64,000 nt of DNA from an uncultured virus (IMG/VR IMGVR_UViG_2541047320_000011) (lineage: Duplodnaviria; Heunggongvirae; Uroviricota; Caudoviricetes): positions 1-64,000 of IMG/VR virus record IMGVR_UViG_2541047320_000011, one strand, 5' to 3'. The notes below the pieces were generated by a model. That model saw only the letters and a list, made by a program, of their open reading frames with translations. It made no database searches and was not told where the DNA came from. Positions 51,235 to 60,353 of this stretch are shown here, piece by piece. Position numbers and translations under genes: made by a program. Positions within the stretch are counted from its first letter, which is position 1; each line of letters begins with the position of its first letter.

Positions 51235-52113
51235 TTATATTACCAATTTAAAATCTATATCATTTTCCTCTAACCAGCTTTTAGCTATCTTTTCCATCTT
51301 TAAGATTTCTTCATCTGAAAATCTAGCTAATCCTTTACCTTTTCGATTTCTAACATTAATGCCAAGTTTATAGTTAATGAATCTATAAAATTCATCCCAT
51401 GCTTTACCAAACATACAATTAAATTTTTTAACTGCTATTGTTCTAACACATTTATTAATAATAGCTTTACTTTCTGTTATAGTGACTGAATTAGTTATAA
51501 CATCTTCTAAATGAGATATTCTTTTATTCTTCAACCCTATTAACTCAGTCTGTAATACAGATAATTTATTATGGTCGCCAGAAATTATCGCTTCAATCAT
51601 ATCTTCTTTTATATTTTGTTCAGTTCTAATTTCTTCTATTACAATTTCAGTTTGTTCTTCTGCATCATGTACAATATCTAGTAGTCTAGTTCTAACTTCT
51701 TTAGCAACTTCTGAATCTCTAAGTAACATACCTATTCTGAGAATTGCTCTTTTTGGTATTAATATTAATCCTGTATTATTTATAGATACACTTTCATTAT
51801 TTTTAAATGTTACTATTGATTTTGTCCTTTCATTTTTTACGTTTTCCAAATTAATTGGATTTCGTTCAAATATAGAAATTATCTCATTTTTCTTATATTT
51901 CTTTAGTCCATCATTCTTTAGCTCCTCTTTGTTTAATCTTATACATTCTTGAATTGTAGATTCTTTAACTTCATAATACTCAGAAACAAGTTCTACTGTA
52001 CTAAAATCTGTATTTGCTAAAGTTAATATCTCTTTCACATGTTCCAATACATCTACTCTATCTATATTTCTATCTCTTAATTCTTTATTTTCTATAAGTT
52101 TTTCACCATTCAT
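51235..52113 (-). CDS. Phage antirepressor-like DNA-binding protein
   Basis: RAILRIGMLLRDSEVAKEVRTRLLD; C-terminal AWDEFYRFINYKLGINV. Confidence 0.7.
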   Translation of the reverse strand: MNGEKLIENKELRDRNIDRVDVLEHVKEILTLANTDFSTVELVSEYYEVKESTIQECIRLNKEELKNDGLKKYKKNEIISIFERNPINLENVKNERTKSIVTFKNNESVSINNTGLILIPKRAILRIGMLLRDSEVAKEVRTRLLDIVHDAEEQTEIVIEEIRTEQNIKEDMIEAIISGDHNKLSVLQTELIGLKNKRISHLEDVITNSVTITESKAIINKCVRTIAVKKFNCMFGKAWDEFYRFINYKLGINVRNRKGKGLARFSDEEILKMEKIAKSWLEENDIDFKLVI

Positions 52114-52147
52114 TTTATCAAATCTCCCTTTTAGTATTTATTTAAAA

Positions 52148-52190
52148 GGAAGAAAGACTTACTGCTATCTCACGACATGTGCTTTCTTCC
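52148..52190 (-). promoter_or_regulatory. Conserved leader hairpin, copy 1 (copy 2 at 54146-54190)
   Basis: AAGAAAGCACATGTCGTGAGATAGCAGTAAGTCTTTCTT is identical in both copies, each just upstream of an RBS. Confidence 0.75.
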
Positions 52191-52541
52191 AGTTCTGAAA
52201 TGGTGAGTAATTATCCCACAAATTTCACGTTGTAGTTTAATATTTTAGTGGCATCATCATCTTATATTGTAAGATACCTATTATTAGCCACCAGAGCTTC
52301 TCAAAATGAGCTATCTCTGCTAATTGTATTAACTTTTAGCATATTCTATGTTTGCTATCATATTTCACCATATGAAGGGGCTTTTAACCCATATGTATTA
52401 AATTCAAATAGTAAATCCGAAGCTTTAGCTGAGGATAACAACTGAACGAAGTGAAGGCGTTAGTTATAGCTACCGCGTCACTTACGTTCCTTGCTATCAC
52501 TTCGACTAAAGCTTTGTGATTAAAATTATAATTATAAAATC

Positions 52542-53096
52542 CTACTTATTACATATTTTATATAATGTTTCTTGTTTCTTTTTTGTTCTTTTTCTAATTT
52601 TTTCAATTCTATAATTACATTCTTTTAAATAATTAATGAATTTATTAGCAGACATTACTCTTCTTTTATTATCTTTTAACTCATATGTATTGATGATATT
52701 TTCCAATTCATATTTAAATAACCATTTATTTAAATAGTCATCTTGTATAACCAGTCCTTCTTCTAATAATTTATTTTGTTTCTTTATTTTTTCTTTGCCT
52801 ATTGCTGCATCTATATCAGCACAACCTTTACATTGTCCATTGCTCCAATAATATAATTGCAATTTTACCTCATAATCTAATGCATCTTTTTCATTTTCAA
52901 AATACTTAATAATATCAACATTATAATTATAGTTATTGTTTTTTACTATATCATACCATTTTTCATTTCTGATTTGATTATAAATTCTGTCTCCAATTCC
53001 TTTTCCAATATAAAAGACATTCTCTTTACCATCATGATCTATAATGTAATGTTTATAAACATAATATTTATCCTTTTCAAAGTATTGTAAATTCAT
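52542..53096 (-). CDS. GIY-YIG-superfamily nuclease-like protein (free-standing)
   Basis: YYVYKH...VFYIGKGIGDR...ALDYE. Confidence 0.7.
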   Translation of the reverse strand: MNLQYFEKDKYYVYKHYIIDHDGKENVFYIGKGIGDRIYNQIRNEKWYDIVKNNNYNYNVDIIKYFENEKDALDYEVKLQLYYWSNGQCKGCADIDAAIGKEKIKKQNKLLEEGLVIQDDYLNKWLFKYELENIINTYELKDNKRRVMSANKFINYLKECNYRIEKIRKRTKKKQETLYKICNK

Positions 53097-53130
53097 AACA
53101 TACACCTTTAAAATATTTCTTTCAAAAAAA

Positions 53131-53188
53131 ATCCGATGACCTGCATATTGATATATATATTTATATAAGTATGCGAGTTATCGGAAAA
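53131..53188. repeat. ~58-bp imperfect palindrome, copy 1 (copy 2 at 60781-60840)
   Basis: tccgatgacctgcatattgatatatatatttatataagtatgcgagttatcgga. Confidence 0.85.
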
Positions 53189-53189
53189 A

Positions 53190-54116
53190 TTAATATGAGT
53201 TGTATTTTACTAGTTTATTATTAATATTACTATTATTATTTCTATACCTAAAAGCTTTAACAATTATATCTAATAACTCTTTATTTTTCATAACATTAGT
53301 TCTATATTCTGTCTTATGTACTTGATATAACTTAACTAATCCTATTTCTCTTGCAAATTCATTGAATGCTATGTATTTATCTTTCTGAGTTACATTTAAT
53401 TCATGTTTATTATGTTTCACCATATTTACTACTCTATTATAATTTTCTTTATCTTTTAAAAATGGTGTATTTGCTATAATTCTACATGCATTTAGATAAT
53501 CTTCATACAAACTATTATCAACTATGATATTTTCTTTTCTTTTAAAGTTTATATTTTTATCTGCTACCAGTCTAACCTGATATCTAAAATTATCTAATTC
53601 TTTATCTTGATTTACTCTATTTTTACAATTTTCTTTATGTGGTATTAATTCACTTTTAATACTTAAGACATCTATATCTTTAAATGTAGCATATGTAACT
53701 GTTTTAGATAGATTAGAGGGCATAAAGATATTATTTTTAATTAATTTATTTTTATATCTTGATATGGTATTTTTGTCCACTCCTACTATATTTGCAATTT
53801 GATTTGATGATAATATACTCATATTCCCCTTTATATCTTGCATAGTTAGAATCACAGCCATGTAATATAATAATTTATTTATATCTACTTTACTATCAAA
53901 TTTCCAGACATTATAAGCAATTTGTTTAAAAATATCATATGCTATATATTCACTGTCTTTTATTTCTTTTCTATAAAACTTTCTTTTTTTACCTTTTCCA
54001 TCATAAAAAATATTATTTTCTTCTAATTTAGAAGCATATTTTTTAAAATCTTTATATAACGTATTTTCACTAACACATATTATCTTGCTTACTTCTTTTA
54101 TATTTATTTCTTCTAT
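53190..54116 (-). CDS. HTH DNA-binding protein, 308 aa with probable ATA start (track shows only the last 223 aa)
   Basis: Frame is open 85 codons upstream of ATG 53861 to an ATA placed after GAGAGGATGA; two HTH-like segments. Confidence 0.7.
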   Translation of the reverse strand: MEEINIKEVSKIICVSENTLYKDFKKYASKLEENNIFYDGKGKKRKFYRKEIKDSEYIAYDIFKQIAYNVWKFDSKVDINKLLYYMAVILTMQDIKGNMSILSSNQIANIVGVDKNTISRYKNKLIKNNIFMPSNLSKTVTYATFKDIDVLSIKSELIPHKENCKNRVNQDKELDNFRYQVRLVADKNINFKRKENIIVDNSLYEDYLNACRIIANTPFLKDKENYNRVVNMVKHNKHELNVTQKDKYIAFNEFAREIGLVKLYQVHKTEYRTNVMKNKELLDIIVKAFRYRNNNSNINNKLVKYNSY

Positions 54117-54145
54117 GATATCATCCTCTCTTTCTTAATAAAAAG

Positions 54146-54190
54146 AAAAAGAAAGACTTACTGCTATCTCACGACATGTGCTTTCTTTTT
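54146..54190 (-). promoter_or_regulatory. Conserved leader hairpin, copy 2
   Basis: Identical core to 52148-52190. Confidence 0.75.
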
Positions 54191-54200
54191 GCTTAAAAGA

Positions 54201-54245
54201 TGGAGATTAATGGAATCGAACCATTAACAATCTCCTATATCTCCA
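54201..54245 (-). pseudogene. tRNA remnant / minihelix (acceptor stem + T arm)
   Basis: GGAGAT...AATGG-TTCGATT-CCATT-AATCTCCA; no D or anticodon arm. Confidence 0.5.
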
Positions 54246-54304
54246 CAATGATAAGTCCAATTAAGACTTATCCATTTTATATTTATATTTTATTTAGTTG
54301 TTAA

Positions 54305-54616
54305 CTATTTTAATATCATATGTTCTTTTACAAAAGAATTTATAAATTTAACTGTTGGTTTAGTACTGGCTGGTATAATATATTTTTCTCCTTCTTTTCC
54401 TGGTAAAGTATGTGTTTTTTCACATGCTTCTATTTCTTTTCTTCCTATTTTTAGAAATCCACCTATAGTAGCGTCTTCACCTGATTTAAATATATCTACA
54501 ACTAGTTCTTTAAATGCATCTAATACTACATCTACTTCTTTTTGTTTTAGTTCTAATCCTTCTTCCTTTAGTTTCTCTTGAAATAATTTTACATATTCAT
54601 TTTTTCTCATTTTCAA
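54305..54616 (-). CDS. hup: HU-family histone-like DNA-binding protein
   Basis: VDVVLDAFKELVVDIFKSGEDATIGGF...IPASTKPTVKF. Confidence 0.85.
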   Translation of the reverse strand: MKMRKNEYVKLFQEKLKEEGLELKQKEVDVVLDAFKELVVDIFKSGEDATIGGFLKIGRKEIEACEKTHTLPGKEGEKYIIPASTKPTVKFINSFVKEHMILK

Positions 54617-54701
54617 TCTCTCCTCGACTTTTATTATATATTTTATTTTTTGTAGAAATATTAATTACCCCTACATATATTAATATACTTTTCAGCCGAT
54701 T

Positions 54702-55916
54702 TTATACCCTGTTTTGGACACCATCTTGTCTACAGGTTTTGCAAATTGATTTATGTCCTTTTTTCCCATTCTTATCAAACCTTTGTATTAGCTTGATTTC
54801 TCCACACTTACTACATTTTTTATATTTTCCTTTTACTAAATAAACATAATAATATTCATCTTCATATATTTCAGTATATTTGTCTATAAATTTATTTACT
54901 ATTCTATCAATATGTAAATTTACATTTTTTTGTGCTATACCTAATTGCTTGGCTATTTCATTTTGAGTAACTCCCTTCTCCCATGATGACAATATAATTT
55001 TTTGTGTATCAGTTAATTCTATTTTATTTAATATATCTTGCTTACTTAATGCTATCTCATCTATTAAGTTTTCATTGTAAGGAATTTGTAATAATGCTTT
55101 TACATGTACTGGGTCAAACAAATCTATTAAATCACAATCCATAATAATATTATTACCACTATCTTTTAATGGAGCTTTCCATATTATATTTTTATCTTTT
55201 TGTAATTTTACTTGTAACATATCATCTGTAACCATAGCCATTTGTCTCAATGCAAACTTATAAACATCACCACCTTTTGTAATTTTGAGTTCTTTATTAT
55301 TTATATTTTTATCTTTTGCTAACTTTTCTCTAAGCTCTTTATTGTTTTTTAAATTAAACAAATACTGCTTATACTTATAATAATTTTCTATTTCTGGATA
55401 CTTTACTCTATCTTTTTTAGTTATTTTTATGTCTGGAGCTAATTTGAAATTTTTTTGATTTTTTAATATTCTTATTGGTTTGCCTTTTGAATATTCACTG
55501 TTTCCATTCTCGTATTCTACTACTTCTCCATGTTTTCGTATCTTTTTTTCTTGCTGAATCATTCTTTTGAATTCTGTTAAAGATGTATATATTTTTACAT
55601 TTTCCTTTTCTTTGTTTTTGTTATCTTTTGCTAATAAATATGTACCTACTTTTTCTAAAAAATGACTTATATTAGTATTTGACCATAATACATCTGTTGT
55701 GTTTAAATTAGTTTTACATATTCCTCTATCAAATATTTCTTGCCAGAATTTATCATCGCTGAATTTAAGACCTTTTATATCTTTTAAATTTAACAACTCA
55801 TTAATAAACTCTTTTCTTTCTTCTAATGTTTCTAATTTAGAATCCAATTTACACATATAATCCCAAATATTTTTATTATCTATTTTCCCTTTGAAACTGC
55901 CATTTACTAAAGCCAT
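54702..55916 (-). CDS. Regulator with sigma-region-4-like HTH and C-terminal zinc ribbon
   Basis: LTDTQKIILSSWEKGVTQNEIAKQLGIAQKNV; CSKC...CKTC; RBS GAGGGGGTG before ATG at 55916. Confidence 0.7.
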   Translation of the reverse strand: MALVNGSFKGKIDNKNIWDYMCKLDSKLETLEERKEFINELLNLKDIKGLKFSDDKFWQEIFDRGICKTNLNTTDVLWSNTNISHFLEKVGTYLLAKDNKNKEKENVKIYTSLTEFKRMIQQEKKIRKHGEVVEYENGNSEYSKGKPIRILKNQKNFKLAPDIKITKKDRVKYPEIENYYKYKQYLFNLKNNKELREKLAKDKNINNKELKITKGGDVYKFALRQMAMVTDDMLQVKLQKDKNIIWKAPLKDSGNNIIMDCDLIDLFDPVHVKALLQIPYNENLIDEIALSKQDILNKIELTDTQKIILSSWEKGVTQNEIAKQLGIAQKNVNLHIDRIVNKFIDKYTEIYEDEYYYVYLVKGKYKKCSKCGEIKLIQRFDKNGKKGHKSICKTCRQDGVQNRV

Positions 55917-56070
55917 AAGCCACCCCCTCATCATTGTTATGTCTATCACATTTATTACCATGATATTGACATTCTGGACATTTATATATATTTCTTTTCC
56001 CAATTATATTCCAGTCATCTAAAAATTCACTATAATCCTCTCTTAATATTTTTATATTTTTGTTTACCAT
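55876..56070 (-). CDS. Small Cys-rich protein
   Basis: 64 aa with CPEC...C..H. Confidence 0.55.
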   Translation of the reverse strand: MVNKNIKILREDYSEFLDDWNIIGKRNIYKCPECQYHGNKCDRHNNDEGVAYGFSKWQFQRENR

Positions 56071-56285
56071 CTTCTAGTCCTTTCATCTTTTTGTATTCTT
56101 TAATTTTCTTCATATTTTAACCTCCATTTTAATCTTGTTATTTTAATTTTATTTAGTTGTTAACTATTTTTCATATATAAATTTCCTCCTATTAATTTAA
56201 TAGTTTATCTTAATTTTATCTATAATTATATATTAACATTTTATATTATTTTTGTCAATTTAGTATTTTATTTAGTTTTATTTCC

Positions 56286-56380
56286 TGTTGATAAGTTGTT
56301 AGTAAGTTGTTAGTAAGTTGTTGATAATATGTTGATAAGTTTCAATTTTATTAACAATTTGTGTTTTTGACTGTGCATAA
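56286..56380. promoter_or_regulatory. Cluster of DnaA-box-like nonamers (putative origin)
   Basis: tgttgataa x3, tgttagtaa x2 at ~11-bp spacing and tgtgcataa; tgttgataa is one mismatch from TGTGGATAA. Confidence 0.6.
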
Positions 56381-56419
56381 CTATATAATTTTTAAATTAT
56401 TTCAGATACTTTAATTTTT

Positions 56420-56556
56420 CGATGTACCATCTCGTGGTATATCGGGGCAAAAATCGAAAAAACGTTGAAATATAGCGATTCTTTCGATATACCATCTCGT
56501 GGTACATCGAATTTTTCGATATCCCACGCTATGGGCGTACCATGAGATGGTATATT
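56420..56556. repeat. Palindromic iterons upstream of the rep genes
   Basis: cgatRtaccatctcgtggtaYatcg at 56420 and 56485; inverted partial copy at 56537. Confidence 0.8.
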
Positions 56557-56691
56557 AATATAAACAGTCTTTAATATATTTGTTTTTGTATTTATTTGTT
56601 TATGTAAAGGGAAAAATTACCTTGAAAAAATGGGAATTATAAATTATAATAAGTTTAAAATAAAAAAATAGGAGGGTGTAAAAATTAGACT

Positions 56692-56931
56692 ATGGTAAAA
56701 GAAGATATATTCAAAAGTAAAAGTATTAGCTTAAAAGCTAAAGGTCTTTATGGAACTATCTCAGCATTTAAAAACGAACCTTACTTCTCTAAACAATTTT
56801 TAATGAACTATTTAGATTTGGGAGCATATTCGTTTAGAATGGCATGGAACGAATTGAAAGACAGGGGTTATCTTGAAGTTAATAAAAAATTTGAAAATGG
56901 AATATTTGTATATGAATACAAATTGCACTAG
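56692..56931 (+). CDS. Winged-HTH replication-initiator-like protein (short)
   Basis: ISLKAKGLYGTI...AWNELKDRGYL. Confidence 0.75.
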   Translation: MVKEDIFKSKSISLKAKGLYGTISAFKNEPYFSKQFLMNYLDLGAYSFRMAWNELKDRGYLEVNKKFENGIFVYEYKLH

Positions 56932-56940
56932 GAGTAACTT

Positions 56941-57567
56941 ATGAATAATATAATAAAAATTAAAGATGGTGAGGTTTTAGATGTTAGACTAGAAGAAGAT
57001 AGTATTCTTTCAGATGGCTATGGTATATCTCCAAAATTTCTTATGAGAAATAAGGACATACCTATTTACTCAAAAGCTATTTACGCTTATCTGGCTAGTT
57101 TTGCAGGTAATAAAAAATACTGTCATCCAAGGATGGAAACAATCTATGGAGAGTTGAACATAAGTAAAAATGCTTTTATAAAATATGTTGAAGTCTTAAA
57201 GGAAAATGGATTTATTAAGGTTTATAGAATCCAAAATGAAAATAATTTATATGGAAATAACGTGTATGAAATTGCAATGTCTAAGTCAAAAATTCGAGAA
57301 AATGCAGAGAGCTACATGAAGACGAAAAGTAAAAAGAAGAAAAGTAAAAAGTCACCTGATGAAGCTGCTACTTCAACAGATGACTCGAAACGAAAAACTT
57401 TAAATTCAATTAATGATAATAATATTATAACACAAAAAGAAAAAGATATACAAGTCCTAAAAGAAAATGGATTTACTGAATTAGAAATATATTCTATGTC
57501 TGAAAAAGAAATTGCATCAGGTGCAAGTAAGATGAGAGAGATAATAAAAAAACAACAAAAGAAATAA
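56941..57567 (+). CDS. HTH_36-type replication initiator / replisome organiser
   Basis: SKAIYAYLASFAG...HPRMETIYGELNIS...LKENGFI...NVYEI. Confidence 0.75.
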   Translation: MNNIIKIKDGEVLDVRLEEDSILSDGYGISPKFLMRNKDIPIYSKAIYAYLASFAGNKKYCHPRMETIYGELNISKNAFIKYVEVLKENGFIKVYRIQNENNLYGNNVYEIAMSKSKIRENAESYMKTKSKKKKSKKSPDEAATSTDDSKRKTLNSINDNNIITQKEKDIQVLKENGFTELEIYSMSEKEIASGASKMREIIKKQQKK

Positions 57568-57569
57568 GA

Positions 57570-57594
57570 AAAGGTCACTAAATTAGTGACCTTT
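57570..57594. terminator. Bidirectional terminator between rep and parM
   Basis: aaaggtcacta-aat-tagtgaccttt. Confidence 0.7.
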
Positions 57595-57692
57595 AAAATC
57601 TATTTTAAGCGATTTTATTTCTGAATATGAATAATTAATCATGGACGGGCATGTAACTATCTTAAAATGGCTCTCATTAAATATTTTTAGCA

Positions 57693-58637
57693 TTACTGTT
57701 CAAGGTATCCAATTACATTTGCATAGAAACGAGAATCATCGTCCACTTCTAGTTGTTTACTTATAAATTGACTGGCATATTTATTAAATGTTTTATAACC
57801 CCCTCCAATGCCAACAACATAATATCCATCCAGCTGACCAAATTTATTAGTAATTTTATTAATCATATCATCAATAATAGGGTACATGGCATCAATATAA
57901 TCATCTAATTTGTATTTAGAACCCTCATACTCTATAACATCAATATCATTTCTTAATATTACATCTATTTGACTTATTTTTATATCTGCACCATTTTTAC
58001 TATTAAATTTATTTGCTATTGCTGTTTCAAAATCTATGATTCCTTTTTCTATAGTGTCTGTTATATTAGGATAGTACATATCATCCTCGTAATCATATTC
58101 ATAATTACATAAATCTGTAGTACTGCCTCCAACATCTATTCCTAGAATATTCTGTTTAGTAGTAATCTTGTCTACAAGTGAAATAAATCCTGAATATCCT
58201 TCTGCTTTAACATCAACATTAAGTATTTCAAAAGTCTTTTGTTTTCCATCAATAGTAATTTTTATTTCTCCAGGTTGAATAAAAATATCTTGAAATAATT
58301 TTAAATATTTTTCATTAAACATTTGAGTTGGTGGTAATCCAGTTATCAATTCCACAGAAAGATTATCCTCATCAGGAAATATTTCATGTATCATGACTAA
58401 AACTTGTTCTAATAAATTTTTTCTAGTATGTTTAAGAACATTATTATTTAAATCTCCTACACCTAGATAGATTACCTTACCATCTTTTTTCATAACACGT
58501 GCTTTTGGTGATATTGTTTTTTCAAATTGAAGTTTATTTGGTAACTTTTTTAAAATTAATTCTTTTTCAATATATGCTGCTGAATTAAGCATACTATTAC
58601 CTAAGTCTACTGCAACTTTTACTTTTTCTTTTTTCAT
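57693..58637 (-). CDS. parM: ParM/StbA-like actin ATPase for plasmid segregation
   Basis: AVDLGNS, TGLPP, AEG, GIDVGGSTTD and GIGGG actin-fold motifs. Confidence 0.9.
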   Translation of the reverse strand: MKKEKVKVAVDLGNSMLNSAAYIEKELILKKLPNKLQFEKTISPKARVMKKDGKVIYLGVGDLNNNVLKHTRKNLLEQVLVMIHEIFPDEDNLSVELITGLPPTQMFNEKYLKLFQDIFIQPGEIKITIDGKQKTFEILNVDVKAEGYSGFISLVDKITTKQNILGIDVGGSTTDLCNYEYDYEDDMYYPNITDTIEKGIIDFETAIANKFNSKNGADIKISQIDVILRNDIDVIEYEGSKYKLDDYIDAMYPIIDDMINKITNKFGQLDGYYVVGIGGGYKTFNKYASQFISKQLEVDDDSRFYANVIGYLEQ

Positions 58638-58654
58638 AAGTAAATCCCCCTAAA

Positions 58655-58888
58655 TTATTTTTGTGGTTTTAAAGCTCCTACTTTTCTTTTTTTAGCTGTT
58701 TCATTTTGATTATTAGCATTAGCTTCGTCAATATCAATATTATTATTATAAATTTCATCTGCATGTAATTGTAGTACTCTTTTACAATACAATCTTAAAC
58801 TTCTTTCATCCTTTTCGGCTAGTGATTTTAATTTATCAGCTAATTCTATTGGAATAGGTATCTGTAAATTATAAGTATCCTTTTTTAT
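58655..58888 (-). CDS. Ribbon-helix-helix partition adaptor (ParR-like), 77 aa, ATA start; missing from the track
   Basis: RBS AAGGAGGGG, 6 nt, ATA; YNLQIPIPIELADKLKSLAEKDERSLRLYCKRVLQ is an RHH pattern; directly upstream of parM. Confidence 0.8.
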   Translation of the reverse strand: MKKDTYNLQIPIPIELADKLKSLAEKDERSLRLYCKRVLQLHADEIYNNNIDIDEANANNQNETAKKRKVGALKPQK

Positions 58889-59721
58889 AAAAATCCCCTC
58901 CTTTTATAGCTCATTTAGTTTAATTATATTTCAATTGGTATATAATTACAATGCAAATTTAATATAAATTATATATACGATTAAACTATAATTGTAATAA
59001 AATATATACTACAATCGTAAAGATAGTTATATTACAATTTGTTTTATATTTAATTATAAATTTTAATACAATTTATAGGCAATTGCATATTAAATATTAA
59101 TAATTTTTATAAAAACCATACATACACTACTTAAATTTGAAAATTATTTTATAAAATTTATCACTTTAGATTGATTTTCTGGAGTATAGTGTCTACGAAA
59201 ATTGATATGAAAAATTATATAAATTACTATATATTTTTCTATAAAATAGGCATATTTATATGTTTTAATCTTGAATAAATTGCATGAAGTATATTTTGTT
59301 TGAATTATATTGAATTTTAAGTAAAAAATGATAACTTGATAGAATTAAAATTTTGTCTATAGGATTTTGAGATATTCAAATTTAAAACATACACTATTTA
59401 AATTTATTTTATAACAATTATAGTTAATTTATAGTATATAATATATATTTTATACAGTTTATATAAATTAAAATAAAACATACACCCCCTGTTGATGTTT
59501 TAGCCTTATAATATAGGTTTAAAGCATAGATGAGGCTATTTTTTTATCATAAATAATGAAAAGAGAGTAGTGAATCAATTCTATTTTATAGTACTCGGAG
59601 ACGGTTTGAGATTATTAATGAGTGTATGTTTAAAAATTTGATTTAGGAGTTTAATTTTGTATGAGTGCTTATTTTAAAGGGTAAATTAAAAATGGGATGT
59701 AGAAGAAAAAGGACTATAACT

Positions 59722-59736
59722 TGATAATGATTATCA
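59722..59736. promoter_or_regulatory. Perfect 7-1-7 Fur box
   Basis: TGATAAT-G-ATTATCA. Confidence 0.6.
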
Positions 59737-60353
59737 ATTGATATCAAAGTATGAAAATAGCCCCCTTTTTGCTGTATTTCGGTGTTAACGTCGCATAATC
59801 ATCTTATTATACGACGTTATTAATGTATGTTAAGAAAAGAAATTACTTTGTTAAAAACGAATAAAAAGGTACTAAATCTTACTTTTTATTAGAAATAATA
59901 ATTTATGTTATTTTAAAGATGATAGCATGAGTTATTATTTTTTTTGTGTTCATTATTAAATAAAAAAGTTTATAGAAACAGAACTCTTACATTATTAGCT
60001 TAATATTATCATTACATTATTAGCATCTATCACATAATCACTACATTTCTTAATCATTAATCAAATTCGCATACTATAGTAGATATAAAAAATAATTCAC
60101 ACAATTATGTACTCATAAGCTAGTGATATCAATATGATAAGCAATATTTTTACAAGGACAATAACTAAATAAAATATATAAATATAATAGAACGTATTGA
60201 CAAAAATTGGAAAGTAATGTATTATTAAATCATCAATTAAATAAAATCAAAAGGAAGTGTGACAAATGAAAACTTATAATGACACAAGTTGATTAGAATA
60301 CGACAATTAGCTGTATATAACATTAACTATTATGTTATAATAATAAAAGGAGC

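Noticed and set aside
52248..52445. 65-aa plus-strand ORF
   Set aside because: No RBS, opposite to local transcription, and overlaps a hairpin-rich non-coding block
56286..56556. Repeats as a mini CRISPR array
   Set aside because: Only 2-3 palindromic copies, one inverted, directly upstream of rep genes; iterons fit better
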